Assembly: GCA_002269645.1 (NCBI GenBank)
Contig: NIVC01000997.1
Location: 124,001-188,000 of the forward strand
Reading direction: 5' to 3'
Length of the DNA: 64,000 nucleotides
DNA from: Macrostomum lignano
Lineage: Eukaryota
Part shown: piece by piece, positions 51,266 to 63,215 of the stretch
How positions within the stretch are numbered: position 1 is the stretch's first letter
How the letters are laid out: each line of letters opens with the position of its first letter
Program-made: the position numbers and the translations under genes
Notes under the pieces: model-generated
What the model was told of the DNA's origin: nothing
What the model saw: only the letters and a program-made list of their open reading frames with translations
The model's database searches: none

Positions 51266-52204
51266 TTGCATCTACTTAATCCCAAAAGACTAATTTTCAG
51301 TGATTAGTTAACCAATTTTGTTTTAATCATTGGTTTTTAAATGTTTGAGTGTCTCTTAAGTGTTTGACTCTTAAAACTTGTAATAAAAAAATCAGATTGT
51401 AAGAATTTCACGCAAATAAATACCTTTTGTGCGATTGATGAAGCTATAATATCGCGTAAGAAGCAATGCCTAACAGTGTATACTTTAGTTTCTCATTGTT
51501 ATTGTGAATTTGACATCAGTTGAGTCGCGCCTCACCTGAAGAAATGTAAAAAAAAGTTTTTACAAAAACTATCGCACTGCGTCGTTGCGCTTCATAAAGT
51601 CGTTTTGTTGGTTTTTTCTCAACCACGCAGATGCTCTGTTGTTTTGTTTATTTTTTTGAAACGCTTTCTGTGTTACGAGTATGTTGATTGCCGTTTTCTT
51701 GTTTCATTTTTGTCGAAGATATTGACTGTCCCAGTCGATCTGCATCCTGCATAGAAATTGTGTTGTGCGCCAGCTTTTCAAGGTGGATTTTATAACAGTG
51801 CTTAAGATCTTTTCCGTGAACTTCTCTGCCGTACAAATAATGACGAACTCATGGGAACTAGTTTACGAAACTCATTTTAAATTTGCATCGCAAAGTTAGA
51901 AACGTGATTTTACTATCAATGTATCAAAACCCCTTTTTCCGGGGTTTTTTTAAATCAATTTTTAAATTTTATTTTGTTTATATTTTTGTGCAAGTCGAAC
52001 TTTTCGTGTGGAAATTGTTTAGTTTAGTAAAAGAAACTTTATACAGATTTTCTGCAGTCGCCGTGTGTCCTGTTGGATTAGCAATGTCTGAATACAAGTT
52101 TTCTATTTTTAAGGAAGTCCGAATGCAGTAGAAATTGTGTTGAAAATATTCTTGATGTTGCCGTTACGACTTAATTAACAATTGTCCTGTTCTTTTTTTC
52201 TGTG

Positions 52205-53235
52205 TCAGTGAAGGGAGGTGTCAGTGAAAGAAAGGAGGCGTCAGTGAACGAAAAGAGGTGTCAGTGAACGAACAGAGGTGTCAGTGAACGAAGGGAAGTG
52301 TCAGTGTAAGAAGTATTGTGTTAGTGAAAGAAGGGAAGTGTCAGTGAAAGAAGTGATGTGTCAGGGAAAGAAGGAAGTTGTCAGTGAAAGAAGTGATGTG
52401 TCAGTGAAAGAAGGGAGGTGTCAATTAAAGAAGTGATATGTCAGTGAAAGAAGGGAGGTGTCAGTAAAAGAAGTGATGTGTCAGTGAAAGAAGGGACGTG
52501 TCAATTAAAGAAGTGATGTGTCAGTAAAAGAAGGGAGGTGTCAGTGAAAGAAGTGATGTGTCAGTAAAAAAAGGGAGGTGTCAGTGAAAGAAGTGATGTG
52601 TCAGTGAAAGAAGGGAGGTATCAATTAAAGAAGTGATGTGTCAGTGAAAGAAGGGAGGTGTCAGTGAAAGAAGTGATGTGTCAGTGAAAGAAGTGATGTG
52701 TCAGTGAAAGAAGTGATGTGTCAGTGAAAGAAGGGAGACGTCAGTAAAAGAAGTGATGTGTCAGTGAAAGAAGGGACGTGTCAATTAAAGAAGGGAGGTG
52801 TCAGTAAAAGAAGGGAGGTGTCAGTGAAAGAAGTGATGTGTCAGTGAAAGAAGTGATGTGTCAGTGAAAGAAGTGATGTGTCAGTGAAAGAAGGGAGGTG
52901 TCAATTAAAGAAGTGATGTGTCAGTGAAAGAAGGGAGGTGTCAGTGAAAGAAGTGATGTGTCAGTGAAAGAAGTGATGTGACAGTGAAAGAATGGAGGTG
53001 TCAGTGAAAGAAGTGATGTGTCAGGGAAAGAAGGGAGCTGTCAGTTAAAGAAGTGATGTGTCAGTAAAAGAAGGGAGGTGTCAGTGAAAGAAGTGATGTG
53101 TCAGTGAAAGAAGTGATGTGTCAGTGAAAGAAGTGATGTGTCAGTGAAAGAAGTGATGTGTCAGTGAAAGAAGTGATGTGTCAGTGAAAGAAGGGAGGTG
53201 TCAGTGAAAGAAGTTAGAAATCAGGTGTCAGTAAA
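52205..53235. repeat. 20-bp minisatellite GTCAGTGAAAGAAG(TGAT/GGAG)GT
   Basis: About 50 copies, two interspersed variants. Confidence 0.95.
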
Positions 53236-55173
53236 AGAAATGAGGTGGTCAGAGATAATCTGCTGCACCAAAATCCCTAGCTAAATGTGTATCTATCTAC
53301 GAGCTAATTAGGTTCATGTAATACGAAAGAATTTCTGCTAAAGTAGATCGGATATAAATTAGGGAATTAATATCTTAGCACCTGCGAGATGCGCTATTTT
53401 ATTAAAATTAAACGAATGTAGCAACCACTCAATTCTAAAAACCTTTGCCAATGATCCCATCCGCGTAAAAGAGAGGGGAGCATAACGGAATGCAAATAAA
53501 GATGATAAGCTTTATAAACTAAAAGGTATATTCTCTTATATTTCCCTGGATTAATTGAGGTCACAGGGTGCGACCCCCTCCCCCTATCGGCAGCTACATT
53601 AGATAAGAAACACTGCAGTTTGCAGATGAAATATTCGGGTTTGAAGTAACCCTCGAATTTTTCAATATTGATGCCATATTTACGTAAATGAAGAGAGAGG
53701 GAAGGATCTTGAAGGTCGCGTATGGGATAATCACCTCAACTAGCTGTGTACACTTAAGATTATCGGCATCTGAATTTCAGTTAGGAAGCAAAGGAAGAGA
53801 GAGAGGAAGAGAAGAGGTATTGAGAATCGGATCTTTGCGATAAGAGTTGCCATCTATTTGAATTAAAAAATATATGTTACACGCCCTGTCCATGTACATT
53901 CTTTACAGCTACGATGGGATAAAAGTTACCTAGTAGCTTACTCCAAAGTGCCGATCCCAGCGCTGAATTGATTAGTGTCAGCCCCTCTTAGCTTCAACTA
54001 TGTATGTTAAATATGAAATATAACGTCCCTATATACATTACCGCGTGGTAACAGCTCTTAAGTTAAAGCCTATTGCTAAAGCTGTTGGGGGTACGTGACT
54101 GCGTACGCGAATAAATTAATAAGACTCCTAAAAGTCGAAAAGTCAGTATATTCTCATGACCTACACATTCAAAATTAGAATGATTGGTGTTTGTGTAGAT
54201 ACAGGACTCCTGGACTTCCAATATTCAATTACAAATTAGTCAAATCTGCTGTAGTTGAGTTGAAGTGCGCGGTACACTTCATTTTTCCAGGATATATTCC
54301 AGAAACAGAATACACAAATTTGCATTTGTGAATGTAATTGCCATTTTTCAACCAGAGAATTAAAAAAAATAATTATTTTAATGTTAAATTGCTTCTAGCT
54401 GTAACCACAAAAACTGGTTCTGGAACCATTTTGAAAATGTAATTTTTACAATGAAAAATTGATTAAAACCAGTTCTTTCTTCGAACCATGCAGCAATAAA
54501 AAACTATATGAAATAACTCCAAATGTTCTATTTATTCCGATTTCTACAACATAAGATACTTGCAAGCAAGGAGAGTAAATTGTTCTAGGTTAACGCTGAT
54601 ATAAACAGATACAAAAAAGAATATGTTTTTCTGCTATCCTAATACTATAATATGTAGGCTTTTTAAATTTAAAGTTGTAACTTATGATACAAACATTCAA
54701 TCGTTTTTATGGTTTTTTCTCGTTTGTTTGAATTCTCGTTAATGATAATTCAATGAAGCGCGCGACTTCAAAATTTCGAGACTTCAGACTTGGAGATCGC
54801 GAGGCAATAAGTCAGTAAGTCAGTGTCGTAACCATCATTTTTCTCGTCACTTATCCTTGAAGTACAATGTCAATGGGCTCTAACGAGGTATGTATAGCTC
54901 AGCTCAATATGAGTATTATAGCTTGCTGTTGCTATATTATTTATGGTTTGATATGTACATTTCTGAATAATACTTGTAAGGATTTCATTAAATGTCAATA
55001 TAATACAAAGTAATTTAATTTTTTTCTTTTTATGTAAGTCTATGTAGCGGTATTTTATATAACATTAAGTTATTTAGATTGAAATGATTCAAGCAACTTG
55101 CTAGTAGATTCAAGCAACAAACAATAAAGGTTAGCTAACTAAGCAATCTTATTATTTTTAGTATATTTAGACC

Positions 55174-55724
55174 ATAGTCCATTTCATGCTTGGAGTTATG
55201 CCAGAGGAAAAATGATGAAATTTTATCATTTATGCCAGGCTTATGCACCGCATGATAGGCATAATGCTTAGAACAGGGGGGGGGGAGTGCAGGGTGCCCA
55301 TTTGTACAAACATTTTTCATTTTAAAAATATTTATGTTTCTATTTATATATTATAATTAAAACTTTATAAACATATAAGTATTAAAAAGATAATAATGTA
55401 GTTTTTGAATTATAGCAAGATTTTTTACTTTAAACTTTGTTTTACTTTTTGCAAATACTTAAAAATATAGTTATTTAAATTCTCCATTGTATCCAAATAC
55501 TTAAAATAAGCTACAGTCATTAATGACCACAATCAACCACAGTCAATGTTTATTTCCTTTTAGGGAAACATGCCGAAAGATCATCTAATATAATTGTTTT
55601 TATGCCAGCCATTTATGCCAATCTAATTTTCTATTAATTTTTACGCCAAGCATTTACACTAAGGCTAATTTTTGTCTAGAATTATGCTGGAGATTTCTAG
55701 CATAACTGTAATGAAATGGACTAT
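55174..55724. mobile_element. Putative MITE (~550 bp, non-coding)
   Basis: 14-bp perfect TIR ATAGTCCATTTCAT (55174-55187) / ATGAAATGGACTAT (55711-55724), extending imperfectly to AGTTATGCYAGA. Many internal TTATGC(C) motifs. TSD not clear. Confidence 0.5.
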
Positions 55725-56404
55725 AGTATTTAGATATATTAATTTTTAACTATGCTGAATAGCATTAAATTTTTTCATGCTATTGAGGTACGAATATTTT
55801 CTTGTATTCCTATTAGATTAGAATTTAAACTATGTAAGTTAGTAACCTAAAATATAAGTATAAGATAGACCCTACCAAAAAGTATTATAATTATTTGCTA
55901 TGCTTTTTGATATTAGTAAACTAATATTGACAAAGCTCTAAACTAAAAAAACAAGTTTTTATGTTATCAAGAACTCATTATCAAGAACTATATGTACATC
56001 AACAATTAAATTAAATAGGCTAGGCTAAAAATCCTATGATACTAAAAACTGCATCTTTAGCTAAGAAAAATTTATTAAGGTCATTTTCTTTAGCCACTAA
56101 ATCTTTGTAGCTCCCATAGTTTAGAAGGCAACAAACATGTATATTGGGATTTCCTGGCATACAACAAGGGTACTTACCATTTTTTCAGTATACATCAGGG
56201 TATATCCCAGTGTACATGACATAGTAGATATGTTGTATCAATGTGACAATGGTAATTTTTTGTTATTGGTACACAAACCTGATATACAAACAACGTCTTA
56301 TCATTTTTTCAGCAATAAATCTAGCATACACAAATACACAATCCAAACTGTGGTGTAGCTCTTGCTGGTTAAAAAATTGGCTATGTTTAAGAAAAAGTGC
56401 TACG

Positions 56405-58432
56405 CCAGCTACAGAGGGAGTGCCAGCTACAGAGGGGGCGCCAGCTACAGAAGGGGGCGCCAGCTACAGAAGGGGGGCGCCAGCTACAGAAGGGGGGCGC
56501 CAGCTACAGAAGGGGCGCCAGCTACAGAAGAGGCGCCAGCTACAGAGGGGGCGCCAGCTACAGAAGGGGCGCCAGCTACAGAAGGGGGGCGCCAGCTACA
56601 GAAGGGGGCATCAGCTACAGAGGGGGCATCAGCTACAGAGGAGGCGCCAGCTACAGAAGGAGGGCGCCAGCTACAGAGGAGGCGCCAGCTACAGAAGGGG
56701 GGCGCCAGCTACAGAGGAGGCGCCAGCTACAGAGGGGGCGCTAGCTACGGAGGGGGTGCCAGCTACAGATGGAAAGCCAGCTACAGAAGGGGGGCGCTAG
56801 CTACAGAAGGGGGGCGCTAGCTACAGAAGGGGGGCGCCAGCTACAGAGGGGGCGCCAGCTACAGAAGGGGGGCATCAGCTACAGAGGGGGCGCCAGCTAC
56901 AGCAGGGGGCGCTAGCTACAGAAGGGGGGCGCCAGCTACAGAGGGGGCGCCAGCTACAGAGGGGGCGCTAGCTACAGAGGGAACGCCAGCTACAGAAGGG
57001 GGGCGCTAGCTACAGAAGGGGGGCGCCAGCTACAGAGGAGGCGCCAGCTACAGAAGGGGGGCGCCAGCTACAGAGGAGGCGCCAGCTACAGAGCGGGCAT
57101 CAGCTACAGAGGAGGCGCCAGCTACAGAGGAGGCGCCAGCTACAGAAGGGGGGCGCTAGCTACAGAAGGGGGGCGCCAGCTACAGAAGGGGGGCATCAGC
57201 TACAGAGGAGGCGCCAGCTACAGAAGGGGGCGCCAGCTACAGAGGAGGCGCCAGCTACAGAGGGGGCGCCAGCTACAGAAGGGGGGCATCAGCTACAGAG
57301 GGGGCGCCAGATACAGCAGGGGGCGCTAGCTACAAAAGGGGGGCGCCAGCTACAGAGGGGGCGCCAGCTACAGAGGGGGCGCTAGCTACAGATGGAACGC
57401 CAGCTACAGAAGGGGGGCGCCAGCTACAGAAGGGGGTATCAGCTACAGAGGAGGCGCCAGCTACAGAAGGGGGGGCGCCAGCTAAAGAAGGGGGCATCAG
57501 CTACAGAGGAGGCGCCAGCTACAGAGGAGGCGCCAGCTACAGAAGGGGGGCGCCAGCTACAGAGGAGGCGCCAGCTACAGAGGGAACGCCAGCTACAGAA
57601 GGGGGCATCAGCTACAGAGGAGGCGCCAGCTACAGAGGGGGCATCAGCTACAGAAGGGGGCATCAGCTACAGAGGGGGCATCAGCTACAGAGGAGGCGCC
57701 AGCTACAGAAGGAGGGCGCCAGCTACAGAGGAGGCGCCAGCTACAGAGGAGGCGCCAGCTACAGAGGGGGCGCTAGCTACAGAGGGGGCGCCAGCTACAG
57801 AGGGAACGCCAGCTACAGAAGGGGGGCGCCAGCTACAGAGGAGGCGCCAGCTTCAGAGGGGACGCTAGCTACAGAGGGGGCGCCAGCTACAGAAGGGGCG
57901 CCAGCTACAGAAGGGGGCATCAGCTACAGAGGAGGCGCCAGCTACAGAGGAGGCGCTAGCTACAGAGGGAACGCCAGCTACAGAAGGGGGCATCAGCTAC
58001 AGAGGAGGCGCCAGCTACAGAAGGGGGCGCCAGCTACAGAGGAGGCGCCAGCTACAGAGGGGGCGCTAGCTACAGAAGGGGGGCGCCAGCTACAGAAGGG
58101 GGCATCAGCTACAGAGGAGGCGCCAGCTACGGAGGGGGCATCAGCTACAGAAGAGGCGCCAGCTACAGAAGGAGGGCATCAGCTACAGAGGAGGCGCCAG
58201 CTACAGAGGGGGCGCTAGCTACAGAGGGGGCGCTAGCTACAGAGGGGGTGCCAGCTACAGAGGGAACGCTAGCTACAGAAGGGGCGCTAGCTACAGAAGG
58301 GGGGCGCCAGCTACAGAGGGGGCGCTAGCTACAGAGGGGGCGCCAGCTACAGAGGGAACGCTAGCTACAGAAGGGGGGCGCCAGCTACAGAAGGGGGGCG
58401 CCAGCTACAGAAGGGGGGCGCTAGCTACAGAG
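56405..58432. repeat. 18-20-bp minisatellite GGCGCCAGCTACAGA(A)GG(G) (third and largest locus)
   Basis: More than 100 copies. Confidence 0.97.
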
Positions 58433-58610
58433 GTGTACACCAATGGCAGACAATCTCTTCATAGCAGGATGAACTGTGCATAATTTAGGTTAATTTTACA
58501 CAAGCCTGCACTTGAGACAAGTTAAGAATTGAGTTGAATCCCATGCATGTATAGAGAATTGAATCACTACCCCACTCGGCTGCAACCCCAATCAGATTCC
58601 GCTGGACTCG

Positions 58611-58835
58611 ATGCAGCGCTACATTTCGCCAATCAACCCGGCCGTGTTTCCCCATCTAACGGTAGTCCTGCTAGGCATTGGCATCTTCTTTGCCGCTTGG
58701 TTCTTTGTGTACGAGGTCACTGCCAATCGGTTTACAAGAGACATTCGCAAGGAGACTCTGGTATCGCTGGTTGCGTCAGGCTTCTTGGGCTTCGGCGTTC
58801 TGTTCCTCTGCTTATGGGTTGGCATCTATGTTTAA
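58611..58835 (+). CDS. TMEM258: TMEM258 / Kuduk, oligosaccharyltransferase-associated small membrane protein
   Basis: [66 protein letters not shown] is near-identical in pattern to TMEM258 as recalled. An in-frame acceptor cAG at 58594-58595 could add IPLDS at the N-terminus. Confidence 0.95.
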   Translation: MQRYISPINPAVFPHLTVVLLGIGIFFAAWFFVYEVTANRFTRDIRKETLVSLVASGFLGFGVLFLCLWVGIYV

Positions 58836-60001
58836 ATTGATTGACTCGCTTCGCTTGTTTATTGATGTAAATTTTAAGCCACAACTTCACTTTATTTTTG
58901 TTTTTCTCTATTATCATTATGGTTTCACTCTAGCACCCACAACCGACAGTTGCCATTATAAAAAATCGTGACAGGTTGTTTAAGATCATAAAATCCTGGC
59001 CTTCCTTTTGGCATCTAAAATTGTATCAACGAGTGTTAAAGTAACTTTTATAGCTCTTTAGTGTTAAACATGTAGACAGTGCAGTGCAGCGGTGCTGGTT
59101 GGCTTGTTGTTCTCGGTCATTTTTTACGGTGTTCAAGCTTATTTTTATTTATTTTTTCAGACAACAAAAAAATAAATGAGTCTACTATACTACTTTATCA
59201 TCCCCTATTGACAAGTAGTGCATTAACTCGTAGTTATCGTTTTCCTTGTTATTCTTCTATAGGAACTTTTTCCTTTAAACGAGAATAAAAGTGCATTATT
59301 CAATGTTTCCGATTCCTTTAGAGGCGGTACATACCTGTCAATTTAGCTTCTAGCTATTAACGATCATTTGAGCGATTTTTTTCGCTGAACGCTTGGCTGT
59401 TTCTTTAGCCGGGCATTTTTGTTTCATTGAAGCTTGGGTCCATTTTTCCTGCTGCAGTGAAATTCTTTTAACCCGGAAATAAATAAAGCAACTTTCAAAT
59501 TTTCCCTTATTGTCATTTGACGCCCTGAACTTTTTTGTCTGTTGTTAATTTGTTTTTTTTCTTGATATTTTAGAAATCTTCTGGTAAGAAAACCCAGCTC
59601 ACTTTACTATAAGTAGAGACTTAAAAAGCGAATTTAATTTTTTATCGATTTTTTACAAAAGTTATAGAACTATATATAATTATTTATATTTCGTATATTT
59701 TATTAACAATAAACTACCGAATGCTTATAGAGAAAAAGCCAGTAGTTTAACTGCGTGATCATTGCAAAAATGAGTTTGACAAAACAGTTTAAAATAACGC
59801 ATTGAAATGAAAATACGAAGGCGACATAATTTACAGGCAAAACGAAATGTTTGATTGCACTATAGATAAGTTGTAAGCAATGGCAAAAGTGACTGCCTAC
59901 ACGCGCATAAACGCAATAGCAAGATCTAATTTAGATTTAATTAAAATACATCTGAAAGTATATTTACAGTGCTGCAAATTGTCAAAGTTCGAGGAGCTTA
60001 T

Positions 60002-60296
60002 TTAAAGATTTTCCTTAGACTCAGTCAGTTCTCGCCATTGTTGCCCAGAATCGTTCGGCTCAAAGCTGCTCATAGTCGGCTTCTCGGGTGCCGCTAGTTG
60101 CCGCTCCATTTCGCCTAGGACGCGTTGCAGTACAACGAATGCGCTAGCCAGTGCCGGGGTGCCAAAACCGTGAGTCAGCAGGCTGAAATTGGTCAGCTGA
60201 CGTTGCGTCTCGGTGTCCAATAGGGGCGCGGGATTCACGCTGCACAGCGGGGAGCGATCTTTGTGCAATAGGTCGGTGACCTCCTCCACGATGCCT
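60002..60296 (-). CDS. TFAP2: AP-2 family transcription factor, terminal exon (second part of helix-span-helix)
   Basis: GIVEEVTDLLHKDRSPL...LTNFSLLTHGFGTPA matches AP-2 DLLxQDRSPL..LTHFxLITHGFG. Acceptor gcAG at 60297-60298, stop TAA at 60002. Confidence 0.92.
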
Positions 60297-60883
60297 CTGC
60301 GTGATTGAGTTTAAAATTGGGGTAGGGGTACAATTTACATTGATTCTAAAAATAGCTGTACGTATTTGTTGGACCTTTGCACTGTCTACCCTGTCAAGGT
60401 CATTTTATGAATAGCTACACTGGAACAAAACAAAGTTACAAAGATGTCCAATAATCTGGAAATTCAAATGTAATGTATACACTAATGTACTATACAGTCT
60501 TCAGTGTCAGTGTTCAGTTTTCAGTGGTTTTGACTTTGTGCTATCGCGGACGGTGACCTCTACGGCGCCTCTGTGTGATTGAAATAAGATTTAGATTTAG
60601 ACTGGTTCTAAAAATAGCTACAGCACGGAATTCCTGGAGACTTACTATCTACGCTATCCAGGTCATTTCTATTAATAGTAAGATGTCGATGTACATAATT
60701 GTCTGGAAATTCAAGTATGCACAGGCAATATACGCTCGTACGAGAGCGTACTGTATTGGAAAACGTTCAGTGGTTTAAATTTGTACATCCCATGCGCAAA
60801 GTGTCTACATGAACTATAAATGCTCTCTGAAAGCTGATTAACTAAAGGAGCGAGTTTCTCAAAGAGTGTTTATTTATTCTTAC

Positions 60884-61124
60884 CTGGCCGCTCTGATAGC
60901 TTCCACACGTTGTTCGGTTTGTTGCTGCTTCCGATCATTTCGATGGCGTCGCTGGTCGCCAGCCGGTGCCGAGTTGGGGGCATCGACCTGTCTGTTGGGC
61001 ACGTTGACAGGCGAGCAGCAGTCGGCCGGTCCGCCGTTGACAACAAGAGCCGTGGCGCAGGCTCGGACCGGGAATTCCGTCTCGCACAGGAAGCTGAAGT
61101 CTTTGGCTAGTCGGACAGATTCCT
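60884..61124 (-). CDS. TFAP2: AP-2 transcription factor, internal exon (helix 1 plus span)
   Basis: Not in the ORF track. EESVRLAKDFSFLCETEFP matches EAVHLARDFGYVCETEFP. Acceptor gcAG at 61125-61126, donor GTAAGA at 60883. Phases 1 and 2 fit the neighbouring exons. Confidence 0.9.
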
Positions 61125-61299
61125 CTGCGAATATTTAGGGGAGGTGTTGCTGCTTTACTGGGGTCTCGACGTGTAGCTGGGCGCCATTTCGGGCCTTAAA
61201 GGGCGCCAATTTTTTTCTCCATCGGCGCCGCTTTGTCTGCTCAAATTTTGACAGATTTGAACCCAGGAGAATTTGAATCCGACAAAAGCGTGACTGATG

Positions 61300-61683
61300 A
61301 GTTCTGACACAGCTAGTAGATTCTGACACAGCAAGACTCTGACACAGCAAGATTCTGACACAGCTAGATTCTGACACAGCAAGATTCTGACACAGCTAGA
61401 TTCTGACACAGCTAGATTCTGACACAGCTAGATTCTGACACAGCTAGATTCTGACACAGCTAGACTCTGACACAGCTAGACTCTGACACAACTAGATTCT
61501 GACACAGCTAGATTCTGACACAGCTAGATTCTGACACAGCTAGATTCTGACACAGCTAGAATCTGACACAGCTAGATTCTGACACAGCTAGATTCTGACA
61601 CAGCTAGACTCTGACACAGCTAGATTCTGACACAGCTAGACTCTGACACAGCTAGACTCTGACACAGCTAGAATCTGACACAG
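61300..61683. repeat. Intronic 16-bp minisatellite TTCTGACACAGCTAGA
   Basis: About 24 copies starting 7 nt inside the AP-2 donor. Confidence 0.95.
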
Positions 61684-61691
61684 CCTCTCAC

Positions 61692-62202
61692 CTTCAACCA
61701 GCGCGGTGAACAGAGTCACCGGGGCAGTTTTCCTTCTACCAGCTGGCAGGCAGAGTCCAATATCGTCCAGATCCCTGCGCAACGATCGGCCACCGTCTTT
61801 GCTCTTCGCCCTGCGTAGCAACCCGCCTAGCAACGAGGCGTTCAAGCACTCCGGAGCGCCCAGACGGCGTTGCAGTTCCGAGACGCTGACTTTATACTTG
61901 GAAATTGATGATAATAGGCTTAGCCGGCCGGGCACGGTGCAAAACATTCCGGACACGGAGGCATCCTGATCGTCCAGGCTCAGGTCCGCCGCTCCAGTGG
62001 TGCCGGTGGTGTTGGCGGCGGCTGCGGCTGCGGCGGCTGCAGCTGCGGCTGCTGCCAAAGTGGCCACGTCAATGTACTTGGCGCCGCTGGTTGGGCAGTC
62101 TTTGGCCTTGCCTGCTGGGTTGCGGAAATGGAATGCGAAATGATGCTGCTTGGCTATGACTGCGTAGACTGGGTTGTGGGGCAGTTCCAGAGAGGGGATG
62201 AG
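61692..62202 (-). CDS. TFAP2: AP-2 transcription factor, basic DNA-binding domain exon
   Basis: [56 protein letters not shown]...[16 protein letters not shown]. Donor GTGAGA at 61691. The acceptor cacAG at 62203-62204 is less certain. Upstream exons were not identified. Confidence 0.9.
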
Positions 62203-62214
62203 CTGTGAAAAAGG

Positions 62215-63215
62215 TAGAGATGGAGACGACAGAGGGAGAAAGCAAAAGAGGAGCAGGGAGAGCGGGAAGGGGAGAAGAAGATCGAGAGGGAGAAGGAGAG
62301 GAGGTAGAGGCAAAGGGAGAGAGGGACAGGGAGATATAGAGGGAGTGAGGAGAGGAAGGGGAGGGAAAGGGAGACGGAGAGGGATAGGTAGATTGCAAAT
62401 GGAGAGATAGAGGGAAGGAGAAAAGGAGAGGGAAGGGGGAGAGAGAGGGAGAGAGGGGAGGGGAAGAGTGAAAAGGAGAGGGAGAGGGAGAGTAAAAAGG
62501 AGAGGGAGAGGAAGAGGGAGAGTAAAAAGGAGAGGGAGGGGGAGAGGGAGAGGGAGGGGGAGAGGGAGAGTAAAAAGGAGAGGGAGAGTAAAAAGGAGAG
62601 GGAGAGGGAGAGGGAGGGAGAGGGAGAGGGAGGGAGAGGGAGAGTGAGGGAGAGGGAGAGTAAAAAGGAGAGGGAGAGGGAGAGGGAGGGAGAGGGAGAG
62701 GGAGGGAGAGGGAGAGTGAGGGAGAGGGAGAGTGAGGGAGAGGGAGAGTGAGGGAGAGGGAGAGTGAGGGAGAGGGAGAGTGAGGGAGAGGGAGAGTAAA
62801 AAGGAGAGGAAGAGGGAGAGGGAGGGAGTGGGAGAGGGAGGGAGAGGGAGGGAGAGGGAGGGAGAGGGAGAGAGAGAGGGAGGGAGAGGGAGGGAGAGGG
62901 AGGGAGAGGGAGGGAGAGGGAGGGAGAGGGAGGGAGAGGGAGAGGAGAGGGAGAGGGAGGGAGAGGGAGGGAGAGGGAGGGAGAGGGAGAGGGAGAGGGA
63001 GAGGGAGGGAGAGGGAGGGAGAGGGAGAGGGAGGGAGAGGGAGAGGGAGGGAGAGGGAGAGGGAGAGGGAGGGAGAGGGAGAGGGAGGGAGAGGGAGAGG
63101 GAGGGAGAGGGAGAGGAGAGGGAGGGAGAGGGAGGGAGGGAGGGAGAGGGAGAGGGAGGGAGAGGGAGAGGAGGGAGAGGGAGGGAGAGGGAGAGGGAGG
63201 GAGAGGGAGAGGATT
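62215..63215. repeat. Purine-rich (GGGAGA/GAGAGG)n tract
   Basis: About 1 kb of almost exclusively G/A directly upstream of the AP-2 acceptor. Confidence 0.95.
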
